Assembly: GCA_038087875.1 (NCBI GenBank)
Contig: CM075996.1
Coordinates: 4,218,001-4,282,000, forward strand
Origin: Malacoraja senta
Taxonomy: Eukaryota
Reading direction: 5' to 3'
DNA: 64,000 nucleotides
Shown here: piece by piece, positions 12,150 through 23,226 of the stretch
Position numbering within the stretch: position 1 is the stretch's first letter
Layout of the letters: each line of letters opens with the position of its first letter
The notes under the pieces: model-generated
What the model saw: the letters and a program-made list of their open reading frames with translations, nothing else
Databases searched by the model: none
Told to the model about the DNA's origin: nothing
Made by a program: the position numbers and the translations under genes

Positions 12150-14440
12150 CTTTAGGGCGTGGCACAACACACAAAGTATCAGTAGTTTATATCCAAAGCA
12201 GTCTTTCTGCTGTTGCTGCACCTCCACTCTTTTGCAGCAGTTAAATAGTCCTGTGAAGGCTTTCTTGGCAAGCAACAGAAGCAGTCTCCTCCTGATAAGA
12301 TAGGAAATGTCCGTGCCAATCCTCCCCGTCGTAAAAAAATGGAGCTTCCTTATGCTTCTTCCTCAGGCCTCCGACTCCTCCCCGGCTTCAACGAAATCCA
12401 AGGCACTGTTGCCGTTCTTACCCAGCCCACCTGGACCGGGCAAGTCGGTGTAGGAGGGAGCTTTCCGATGTTACTGACCACAAACACCACTCTAGACTCA
12501 GCTCCCACTCGTTCAAGTGTAACTTGGCCTTCCGCCAGCCACTGCCGCTCCTACGACTTTACAGATACACGGACAAATCCTCCCTAATTAGAGGAATCCT
12601 TGAACAAAGAAAGTCTCTGCAGATCGACAAAGCTCTGAACTGCAAAGTCTGACTGCTTTTGTTTCTCCCCGCCAAACAAAACCTTCTGAAAAGTTCATCA
12701 AATCCTCCCCGCCAGCAGAACAGCTCCTCACCTGGCCCTGCTCTGGGAGTAGGAGTGGGGTCGGATCCGGATCCGCAACGGCCGTGAGCCCCAGGCCGAG
12801 CTCGGCGATCGTTTGCCTGCTTCTGCTGCTGTTGGAGGTGAGACGTTGCGTTGCGCCAGGGTCTTGGGCCTGTCCCACTTTGGCCGTCAGTTACGCGACA
12901 GGCCGGTGGCGCACGAAGATTTCGTTCGCTACAAAGATTTCGGAACCCCGCGCGATGTCGCGCACAACTTCATACCCCTCCGCGCTTCTCAGTGGGACCG
13001 GCCACACGATGCCCGTGCGCCTCAACACGACCACGAGGTCGCGTAATTTGCGTGCCAAGGACACGTAAGTGGGACAGGCCCTTTACTCTGCCGGTGCATG
13101 GTAAAGGAGTTGGACCTGCTCCATCTGATGGCATCTAGGACTGGCTTCCTCATCCTCTCCTTCCCCCCTCCCTCACTACACCCGCAATTGGGAGAAGGTA
13201 GTAGAAAAACAGCGCGGCATGCTTAGGTTAGTTTAGAGATACAGCACGGAAACAGGCCCTTCGGCCCACCGAAGCGATCCCCGCACATTAATAACACCCT
13301 ACACGCACTAGGGACAATTTTTTACATTTTTTTTACATCAAGCCAATTAACCTACAAACCTGCACGTCTTTGTAGTGTGGGAGGAAACTGACGATCTCGG
13401 AGAAAACCCACGCAGGTCACGGGGAGAAAGTACAAACTCCGTACAGACAAGCACCTGTAGTCAGGATCGAACCCGGGTCTCGGGCGCTGCACGGCAGTAG
13501 TCTACCGCTGCGCCACCACCGTGCCTCCGACGGCATTGCTATTCCTGTCACCTAGACGGGAAACAGAACCACACACTATCCAAAGATGGACACAAAATGC
13601 TGGAGTAACTCAGCGGGTCAGGCAGCATCTCTGGAACAAAGGAATAGGCGACGTTTCAGGTCGACCTTTTTCAGACCCGAAATGTCACCTATTTCCTTTC
13701 TCCAGGGATGCTGCCTGACCCGCTGAGTTACTCCAGCATTTTTTGTCTATCTTGGGTGTAAACTAGCATATGCAGATCAGGTAAGGATGGAAAGTTCCCC
13801 TCCCTGAAGGATAATGGGGAGCCCAGTGAGTTGTTACAGCAATCCCATATTTTTGTAGTCACCTTTTACTTGTAGTGCTAAACTCCAAGTGGCTGAAGTT
13901 GGAGTAGCTGAATTTAAATTCCACATGTTGGGATTTGAACTTGTTTCTCTCTGGATTGATAGTAATTGATAGTAGACAAAAGTGCTGGAGAAACTCAGCG
14001 GGTGCAGCAGCATCTATGGAGCGAAGGAAATAGGCAACGTTTCGGGCCGAAACCCCTGATAGTTTTTGGATTACCAGTTGTTTAACCACCATGCCTCCAT
14101 GGTGATGTTTCGGGCTGAGGGGAGAGGTATAGGGACAGGTGTGGCATCTCCTACGGTTGCTCCCAGAGTGAAGAGGGACTCGACCCGAAACATCGACTAT
14201 TCCTTTTCTCCAGAGATGCTGCCTGACCCCCCCTGAGTTACTCCAGCTTTTGTGTCGATAACTTTTTTATGAGCTTGTTGATTCAAGAAGGGGGTTTACC
14301 TCTTTCCCAAGGGCATTAATCGTCAGCCTCCTTAACAATGCCGCATCTGAAGGATGAACAATTGGGTCCCTCTGGGCCAGCGCCTTTGTGTAGCAAAGCG
14401 TTCCGGCCCCTCACAAACTAAGTGCTCCTTTCCCAAGATC

Positions 14441-14950
14441 TTTAGCTATTGAGGGAGTGCAGCGTAGGTTTACAAGGTTAATTCCCGGGATGGCGGGACT
14501 GTCATATGCTGAGAGAATGGAGCAGCTGGGCTTGTACACTCTGGAGTTTAGAAGGATGAGAGGGTATCTTATTGAAACATATAAGATTGTTAAGGGCTTG
14601 GACACGCTAGAGGCAGGAAACGTGTTCCCGATGTTGGGGGAGTCCAGAACCAGGGGCCACAGTTTAAGAATAAGGAGTAAGCCATTTAGAACGGAGACGA
14701 GGAAACACTTTTTCTCACAGAGAGTGGTGAGTCTGTGGAATTCTCTGCCTCAGAGGGCGGTGGAGGCAGGTTCTCTGGATGCTTTCAAGAGAGAGCTAGA
14801 TAGGGCTCTTAAAGATAGCGGAGTCAAGGGATATGGGGAGAAGGCAGGAACGGGGTACTGATTGGGGATGATCAGCCATGATCACATTGAATGGCGGTGC
14901 TAGCTCGAAGGGCTGAATGGCCTACTCCTGCGCCTATTGTCTATTGTCTA
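14441..14950 (+). mobile_element. CR1/HER1-like LINE 3' end
   Basis: QRRFTRLIPGMAGLSYAER..TRGHSLRI..FSQRVVSLWNSLP..; (CTATTGT)n tail. Confidence 0.9.
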
Positions 14951-15021
14951 ATTTTCCTCCTGGGATGAATAAAGTTCTATCGTATCGTATCGAAAGGCAT
15001 TAACCGTGATTTATTTTACAG

Positions 15022-15123
15022 GGACAGTACTCAGTCCTGAGAGGCGCAGATCAGTTCTGCGGCAATTTTACACCCTGGCCGTCTCTGCGTACTTCCCAGC
15101 AGAAGCAAGTGAGGACAAGCCTG
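15022..15123 (+). CDS. FUZ: FUZ coding exon, 102 nt
   Basis: ttttacag|GGA..CTG|gtacgt. GTVLSPERRRSVLRQFYTLAVSAYFPAEASEDKP resembles human SPEQRRRLLRNFYTLVTSTHFPPE; phase 1 to 1. Confidence 0.88.
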
Positions 15124-15143
15124 GTACGTGAACATAACCTCGA

Positions 15144-15661
15144 TAGACAATAGACAATAGGTGCAGGAGTAGGCCATTCGGCCCTTCAAGCCAGCACCGC
15201 CATTCACTGTGATCAAGGCTGATCATCCCCAATCAGTACCCGTTCCCGCCTTCTCCCTCTATCCCCTGACTCTGCTATCTTTAAGAGCCCTATCTAGCTC
15301 TCTCTTGCAAGTATCCAGAGAACCTGCCTCCACCACCCTCTGAGGCAGAGAATTCCACAGACTCACCACTCTCTGTGAGAAAAAGTGTTTTCTCATCTCT
15401 GTTCTAAATGGCTTACCCCTTATTCTTAAACTGTGTGGCCCCTGGTTCTGGACTCCCCCAACATCGGGAACATGTTTCCTGCCTCTAGCGTGTCCAAGCC
15501 CTTAACAATCTTATATGTTTCAATAAGTTACCCTCTCTTCTTTCTAAACTCCAGAGTGTACAAGCCCAGCCGCTCCATTCTCTCAGCATATGACAGTCCC
15601 GCCATCCCGGGAATTAACCTTGTAAACCTACGTACACTGCACTCCCTCAATAGCAAGAATG
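15144..15661 (-). mobile_element. CR1/HER1-like LINE 3' end, inverted relative to 14441-14950
   Basis: Reverse complement of the same family with a (CTATTGT)n tail. Confidence 0.9.
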
Positions 15662-16275
15662 CATGACCAGCCATGCAAATGGGCTTCTGTTTTCCACCGA
15701 GCTCCCATGCTGAGATCGGCTATTCCAGTCGGTCCTGCTTGCTGTGAGCGTGGTGGACAATTTCACATCGAAGTAGGAAGGGGAGGGGAAACATTTCGCC
15801 ATAGAAATCACTAGACGATGATCATAAAGCATTGTCCTAACAATGCAAGTTGGCAATCAAACGCAGGATTTCTTAGTGTTTAAGAAGGAACTGCAGATGC
15901 TAGAAAAATCTAAGGTAGACAACAATTCCGGAGAAACTGCTTTCTCCCTCTTTCCCCTCAAACTTCCCAGCTCTCCCACAGCCCACTGTCTCCGCCTCTA
16001 CCTTTGTTCTTCCCACCCCCACATCAGTCTGAAGAAGGGTCTTGACCCCAAAACGTCACCTATCCCTTCTCTCCATAGATGCTGCCTCACCCGCTGAATT
16101 ACTCCAGCATTTTGTGTCTACCTCAGGATTTCTTAGATTGCACCCTAGAACTGATCACAATGTGGGTGTGTTTAGTAACGCCCCTGTATTGTGCTTGAAT
16201 ATGGAGCTGTGAATGTTTATACCCCCCCCCCCCACCATTGGGAGTGTTCAGACTTATTTTCCCTCCTTCTTCTAG

Positions 16276-16478
16276 CAGTTCTCAACGAGGAATTCCACGC
16301 CGGCTTCACCCACTCGCCGACAGAGTGCTACGTTGCCGCCGACGACCACAAGAGCTACGGCATCCAGACCCGGCAGCACCAGCTGCTGCTGACCTTCACG
16401 CCGGAGACCCCCACCTTCTCCCTGCGCAACATCGCCACCAAAACGCTCAACCTTTTGACGAAAGAAGTGCCTTTCTGA
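16276..16478 (+). CDS. FUZ: FUZ terminal coding exon (stop TGA 16476-16478)
   Basis: cttctag|CAG. AVLNEEFHAGFTHSPTECYVAADDHKSYGIQTRQHQLLLTFTPETPTFSLRNIATKTLNLLTKEVPF*; the C-terminus resembles human LLLLLSPQSPTHGLRSLATHTLHALT. Confidence 0.88.
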
Positions 16479-17808
16479 GCCAACTGGGGACCCCATGAGG
16501 CGAGGGGTGAAGCAGCTGGCGACCACGTTCCATCTCACTCCACACCGCCCCCCCCCTTGGGAGGCTTCAGCCGCATAGACGGTCAGCCCAAGCATGGCGG
16601 CTGTCGGAGTTACCCCAGCTGGTGCTCCCTCCCGGCTCTCTGGACTGTGCTCCTCAACGATGCTTGTGGTGCATCACCAGGCCCAGGAATGGCCACGGTG
16701 AGTACTTGTTTAACCACGTCCATGTTTCAGGCCGTCCAGTGGTAGTAGGCCTGAAACCAGCCCTGCGAGTGGAACAGTGCCCCACTGAGTTATGATCTGC
16801 CACATGCTCTCGAAAGAGAGAAGATGGGTGCTGGGGTGCGGCGGCACAGCGGTAGAGTCGCTGCCTCACAGCCCCAGGGACCCGGGTTCGATCCCGACTA
16901 CGGGTGCTGTCTGTCCAGAGTTTGTACGTCCTCCCCGTGACCGCGTGGGTTTTCTCCGGGAGCTCTGGTTTCCTCCCACATTCCAACGATGTATTGGTTA
17001 ATTGGCTTCGTTAAGAATTGTAAATTGTCCCCAGTGTGTAGGATAGTGAAAGTGTACGGGGATCGCTGGTCGGCGCGGACTCATTGGGCTGATGGGCCCG
17101 TTTCCGCGCTGTACCTCCAAAGTCTGAAGTTCTCTAGGCACAAAAAAAGCTGTGTTTACTCAGCCCAACTGTAAAGAAGGAATGGTGAGTTGTGATTCAG
17201 CGGGTCGGCTTGTCCCCCTCCAACAGGGTGCTGTGCTGAACCACCTGATGGCTCCCAATTTCCTTGGTCACGGTGAGACAACATTCCTCGCAGTACAGTG
17301 GGGTTGTTTTAAAATAGAGCAGCATCTAAATGGTAGGGTGGAGAATCAAGGAACTGCAGATGCTGGTCTACAAATAGAACACACGATAGGTGCAGGAGTA
17401 GGCCATTCGGCCCATCGAGCCAGCACCACCATTCAATGTGATCATGGCTGATCATCCCCAATCAGTACCCCGTTCCTGCCTTCTCCCCATATCTCCTGAT
17501 TCCGCTATCTTTAAGAGCCCAATCTCGCTCTCTCTTGAAAGTAACCAGAGAACCGGCCTCCACCGCCCTCTGATACACAGCAGGTCAGGCAGCATCTCTG
17601 GAGAAGAGGAGAACACCTTCAAAGTCTGCATGCCTTGAGGAGGTTTCGCCAGTGGGGCAGTAAAATGGAGCAACAAGGAACTGCAGATTCTGGTTTACCA
17701 AAATAGACTTAGTGCTGGGAGTAGGACTTGGTGAAAGTAGGTTTTTGTAGTGCCCCAACTTCATACGTCCAGATTTTCCCAAGAGGAGGAAAAGAAGTGG
17801 CCTGACTT

Positions 17809-18068
17809 GAAACATCACCTGTCCATGTTCTCCACAGATGCTGCCTGATCCGCTGAGTTACTCCAGCACTCTGTGAAACATCACCTGTCCATGTTCTCCA
17901 GAGATGCTGCCCGACTCGCTGAGTTACTCCAGCATTCTGTGAAACATCACCTATCCATGTTCTCCACAGATGCTGCCTGACCCGCTGAGTTACTCCAGCA
18001 TTCTGTGAAACATCTCCTATCCATGTTCTCCACAGATGCTGCCTGACCCACTGAGTTACTCCAGCACT
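17809..18068 (+). repeat. Tandem repeat, ~4 x 66 bp, derived from the Penelope terminal module
   Basis: GAAACATC.. units start at 17809, 17875, 17941 and 18007. Confidence 0.9.
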
Positions 18069-19580
18069 TGGTGTCTTTATTGAAGTGGTTTGCTATTACA
18101 GAAATTTGTATGGGCAATGCCCAAAAGGTGTATGTATCCTCATGTGAATATACTAAAGGACTTAATTCTTAGTTATCATGGCATCATGTGTTTCTCCATA
18201 TAACGTAATCCTTTAAAAGGCCCACGACAAATACCTCTGATGTTCACAGTGTTTCTAGCTTCAGACTCCTCCTTGCATAGTTTGTGATTTCCACTGAAAG
18301 GGCCTGGTATTAACAGCATCGGGCTCAGCCACATCCCTGGACCACGTTAAAGCCAAGGATGTGAGAGAATTGCCATTGCAGTCATTTGACAGTGTTTTTA
18401 CTTTTTTGGGGGACATCCGGCATCTGATTAAGCTCTGTGCTGATTCTCAAGTCCTTTGACAAAATGCCTTGTATCCTTGTACCTTGTACGTGTGGTCATC
18501 ACTTCTGTAGAGTCCACCAGGGACTATACTGGAAGATGGACCATTTTATGCTGGACAATTTTTACATTTATCAAGCCAATTAACCTACACACCTGTACGT
18601 CTTTGGAATGTGGGAGGAAACCGAAGATCTCGGAGAAAACCCACGCAGGTCACGGGGAGAACGTACAAACTCCGAACAGACAGCGCCCGTAATCGGGATC
18701 GAACCGGCGCTGCGTTCTCTGTAAGGCAGCAACTCTACAGCTGCGCCACAGTGACTGCCCATGGACACACACTGAAAAATCACAAGCAACGCATACAGAG
18801 TGTAGCCACCTCAACCATCCAGAGCAAGGGAGAAGCAACTTGCAACGTTTCACCCTGGTGATGTGGGCTTGATAGGTGGACTCTGAACCATGGCCCATTG
18901 AGACTAATTCTGACTGGGACTCGGCTCGAAAGTCAAGGAGTAGAGTCTGCCCTCATTGATAAAGTGACTCATTGCAGTCTGCCACTGAGGTTTGGAGTGA
19001 AATGGTCACACCATTGAGATACAAAGACGTGGAATAGGGCAAGTAGCTACCGGGGTTTCATGAATGGAAGACATGAGGAACTGCGGATGCTGGTTTAGGA
19101 AGGAAAAAAGACCCAAAGTTCTGGAGTAACTCAGCGGGTCAGGCAGCATCTCTGGAGAACATCAACAGGTGATGTTTTGGGTCAAGACCTTTCTTCACAC
19201 GGATTGTGGTGGGGGTGGAGGGAAGGAAGTTGGAGGATATGTGGGGGAAGGGCAAAGCCTGGCAAGTGCTAGGTGGATATGGCGAGGAGGGGGGGGGGGG
19301 GGGGGGGTTTGATCAACAGATGATTGGACAAAGGCCAAAGATGGAGACAAAAGGTGTGAGATAAGGATAGATGTGTGAATTGTGAAGCCAGAGGAAGGAA
19401 GATTGGTGGAAGGGGACGGGGAACAGAGGTAGAAGAGGATAGGGGGAGTGAAGAAATGAGTGGGATTCCTAGTGGGGCACAGGTTAGAGAAGGGGCGAGT
19501 GAAGTGGGGGAGTTGTTAGTAGGTAATTACCTGAACTTGGAGAAATCAATGTTCACAATATTCATACCATCAAGTTGTAA

Positions 19581-19773
19581 AGGGCCTGTACCACTTGGGC
19601 GTCATTTGCGCGTAATTTACGCAACATAATTTTCGCGCATGGTGATGCATTACGCGTGCCTGGTTCGTGGTGACGTAGGTAGTGACGCGCAGTGCCCCAG
19701 GATTTTGGTATTTGCAAAATCTTCACGCACCATCTGCGTGACGCGCAAATGACGCCCAAGTGGGACAGGCCCT
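19581..19773. mobile_element. Harbinger-type MITE
   Basis: ~33-bp TIR AGGGCCTGT(A/C)CCACTTGGGCGTCATTTGCGCGT; TAA TSD on both sides. Confidence 0.85.
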
Positions 19774-20286
19774 TAAGCTATCCAAGTTTCTTGAAGGCTT
19801 TGCTGTTGCGCTGTTCTTTAACACTGAATTAGTCAATACACCCACAGGACCTTCATGTTTTAGCCTGTTTTCACAACTTTAGTTGTTGTTATCTTGCTGT
19901 TTCATGCCACCATTTATTTTCGGACCATAACCCGCAGAACCCAGATTTAATCAACGCATCTTTGAACCACACACCAACGAGCCACTCCCTGACCATCACG
20001 TTTAACATCACAGGCTTTTGAAAGAGCCTTTGTTGTCAGAACTGAGCCAGAACAGTTGGGATGAGCTCGTATTTGTCATGACCGTGTTTGTCGTCCATCA
20101 TGGAATGATATATAAATGATGCAACTTATCCATTTGTCGGTCACACTGTCTACGTTCTCCAGCCAAAGAGGCTTGTCTTGTCTTGTCAATGTCACAAGTG
20201 ATAGGAGCAGAATTAGGCCATTCGGCCCATTAAGTCTTCTCCGCCATTCAATCATGGCTGATCCTATCTCTCCGTCCTAACCCTTT

Positions 20287-20650
20287 GGGACGACAGATGG
20301 CGCAATGGGCTAAGTGTTCGGCTGGCAACCGGAAGGTAGCCGGTTCGAATCCCGCTTGGAGTGCATACTGTCGTTGTGTCCTTGGGCAAGACACTTCACC
20401 CACCTTTGCCTGCGTGTGAATGTGTGTGAATGTGTGTGAATGTGTGTGAATGATTGGTGGTGGTCGGAGGGGCCGTAGGCGCAGATTAGCAGCCACGCTT
20501 CCGTCAGTCTGCCCCAGGGCAGCTGTGGCTACAGAAGTAGCTCACCATCACCGAGTGTGACTGAGGAGTGAATGAATAATGCGATGTAAAGCGCCTTGAG
20601 TATTAGAAAGGCGCTATATAAATCCCATCCATTATTATTATTATTATTAT
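20287..20650 (+). mobile_element. tRNA-head CORE-SINE with L2-type tail (AFC-like)
   Basis: A/B boxes (TGGCGCAATGG, GGTTCGAATCCC), CORE GTGTCCTTGGGCAAGACACTT, tail TGTAAAGCGCCTTGAG..AAAGGCGCTATATAAAT + (ATT)n. TAACCC duplication inside a CR1 tail. Confidence 0.8.
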
Positions 20651-22548
20651 TAACCCCATTCTCCTGCCTTCTCCCCATAACCCCTGACACCCGCACTAAT
20701 CACAAATCTGTCTATCTCTGTCTTAAAAATATCTATTGATGGCCTACTAAGGGTAGTTTCTGTCACCCTAGTAGGCAGAGGATTTCCAATCCAGAAGTTC
20801 TCTCTGCCACCAAAAACTCTTCCTTGTTTCTTACCTCCTTGTATCTTTTTCTGTCACTTTGAGCCTCTGGTCCAACTGTAACGGCTTTTTTTCTATTTAT
20901 CCCTCTCGCCAAGCTCCAGTACCCATCAAATCTCCTTTCAACCTTTGCTGAAGTGATATAACCCCGGGCTAATCCAGAGGAAGTGTCTTTTCTTGTCCCC
21001 TGCTGTGGAACCAAAACCATTGATGAATGAGGTGGTAGATTAAGTAGCATTGCCTCGATTCACCTCGTACACGAACTGACCTGTTCTGTATTCATGCCTA
21101 CTATATTCTGTTGTGCTGAAGCAAAGTAAGAATTACATTGTCCTATCTGGGACACATGACAATAAACTCTCTTGACTTGAGTTGACTTGAAACTCCCAAT
21201 TCTGATTTTTCCATGACACAACCTAACTAAAGATCCACACCATTAATTTTCTGCTTTCCCCTCAACATAAGTAGTGGGCTGCACCAATGTACAGGAAATG
21301 AAATGTGCGTCTTTTCCTGAACGACTGCGTTATCGAGGACTTGCTGCATTATCTGTGCAGCAAGATGCAGTAAATCAGCTGCATCCAATAGAAAGTTACA
21401 GCAGAGAGGGTCATTTCAGGCCACCTTACCTCTGCTGCTCAAAAAACAAGAGCTACAAAAATCACTCCCAGATCTTCAGCCACAGGGTTCTTCAAAGTTC
21501 ATAACGTGATGTTTGAAACGCCGTGAGGATTCCTTTTTTCACCACACTTTGGAGTAAAGACATTTTTTTCTTAATCACCTCCTAATCCTTCTACAATTTG
21601 AAATTGAATGTCGCAAATTGTTGACCTCTTAAGGAAAAACCAGATCCTTCTTCTGGGCCTCTGATTTTATATATCTAAATTAAACCTTGGTTCAAAGCGA
21701 TCCAAAGAAAGCAATGAGACGAGAAAAGAGACAAAGTGCTGGAGTAACTCCGCAAGTCAGGGAGCATCGCTGGAGAACATGGACAGCTAATGTTTCGGGT
21801 CAGAACCCTTCTCCAGTCTGAAAAGGCCCAAAATGTCACCTATCCGTGTTCTCTAGGGATGACCTGTAGTTACTCCCGCACTTTCTCTCTTTTTTTTTGT
21901 AAACTAGCATCTGCAGTTCCTTCTTTCTACAAATCACTGAGATACTTCGTCTCACCATGTATATTCCTGTAATTCTGCTACAGTTCTGAAGGTGGGGTGA
22001 CTGAAGCAGCCTTGGCTTGGTTGTTGATCCACTGGGCAGTCAAATCTTTTTGTATGATTTATTCACATTCTCTCCATCCAGGTGAGAGAATGAGGACTTC
22101 TTTTCCCCCCCAGTACTCTGCCATGGTGCCACATTTATACAGTGGTGGGAAACAAGCAGATGTAACTGCAGATGCCAGGGTCTGAAACAAAACAGAAATG
22201 CCGGGTGAACTCGGCAAGTCCAGCAGCATCTGTGGAAAGAGGAACCAGCTAACCTTTCAAATCAATGAGCTTTGGTCAGGACTGTTGTGTTAAATGCTTG
22301 ACTGGCTGGGTTCTTCTTGTTTCAATAAAGGGGGACCCTGCATGGGAGGGGGGGTTGAGGGGGGGACACAGAGAACAAAGAGGGACCCTGCGTGGGAGGG
22401 GGGTTGGGGGTTGGGGCACAGAGAACAAAGGGGGGACCATTGGGGAATACTTCGTAACTTGGTCGCCGCCCTTGTGGCGTCTGTGTGCATACCTTGTGTA
22501 CGCAAAACAAAGAATCTCACTGTGACATGTCACATACGATAATAAAAA

Positions 22549-23226
22549 TAGACAATAGACAATAGGTGCAGGAGTAGGCCATTTGGCCCTTTGAGCCAGC
22601 ACCGCCATTCAATGTGATCATGGCTGATCATCCCCAATCAGTACCCCGTTCCTGCCTTCTCCCCATATCCCCTGACTCCACTATCTTTTAGAGCCCTATT
22701 TAGCTCTCTCTTGAAAGCATCCAGAGAACCGGCCTCCACCGCCCTCTGAGACAGAGAATTCCACAGACTCATAACACTCTGTGAGAAAAAGTGTTTCCTC
22801 GTCTCCGTTCTAAATGGCTTACTCCTTATTCTTAAACTGTGGCCCCTGGTTCTGGACTCCCCCAACATCGGGAACATGTTTCCTGCCTCTAGTGTGTCCA
22901 AACCCTTAACAATCTTATATGTTTCATTGAGATCCCCTCTCATCCTTCTAAACTCCAGAGTGTACAAGCCCAGCTACTCCATTCTCTCAGCATATGACAG
23001 TCCCGCCATCCCGGGAATTAACCTTGTAAACCTACGCTGCACTCCCTCAATGGCAAGAATGTCCTTCCTCAAATTAGGGGACCAAAACTGCACGCAATAC
23101 TCCAGGTGTGGTCTCACTAGGGCTCCGTACAACTGCAGAAGGACCTCTTTGCTCCTATATTCGATTCCTCTTGTTATAAAGGCCAACATGCCATTCGCTT
23201 TCTTCACTGCCTGCTGTACCTGCACG
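22549..23226 (-). mobile_element. CR1/HER1-like LINE 3' fragment
   Basis: [46 protein letters not shown].. Confidence 0.9.

Larger units (their letters stand above)
6244..12732 (-). mobile_element. Full-length Tx1-clade (L1 group) non-LTR retrotransposon, antisense in a FUZ intron
   Basis: 32-nt poly(A) tail (T run 6244-6275), two intact ORFs and ~580-nt 5' UTR. Candidate 11-bp TSD TGGCCCCGCTC (6233-6243) / TGGCCCTGCTC (12733-12743), differing by one CpG transition. Confidence 0.92.
5897..13082. mobile_element. PIF/Harbinger-type non-autonomous DNA element (~690 bp without the Tx1) hosting a full-length Tx1 insertion
   Basis: ~60-bp TIRs (AGGGCCTGTCCCACTTACGTGTCCTTGGCACGCAAATTACG..; 2 mismatches between the ends). 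TTA TSD at 5894-5896 and 13083-13085. 3-bp TWA TSDs are typical of PIF/Harbinger. Confidence 0.85.

Noticed and set aside
12150..12275. N-terminal extension of Tx1 ORF1 in the ORF track
   Set aside because: It starts at a non-ATG codon. The ATG at 12149 (MAAPQSYAAVV) looks like the real start.
17809..18068. 66-bp periodic array as a CRISPR
   Set aside because: The whole unit repeats and derives from a dispersed Penelope module.
20287..20360. tRNA gene
   Set aside because: It is a SINE head that runs on into a CORE domain and LINE-like tail; the same applies to the HE1-like copies.
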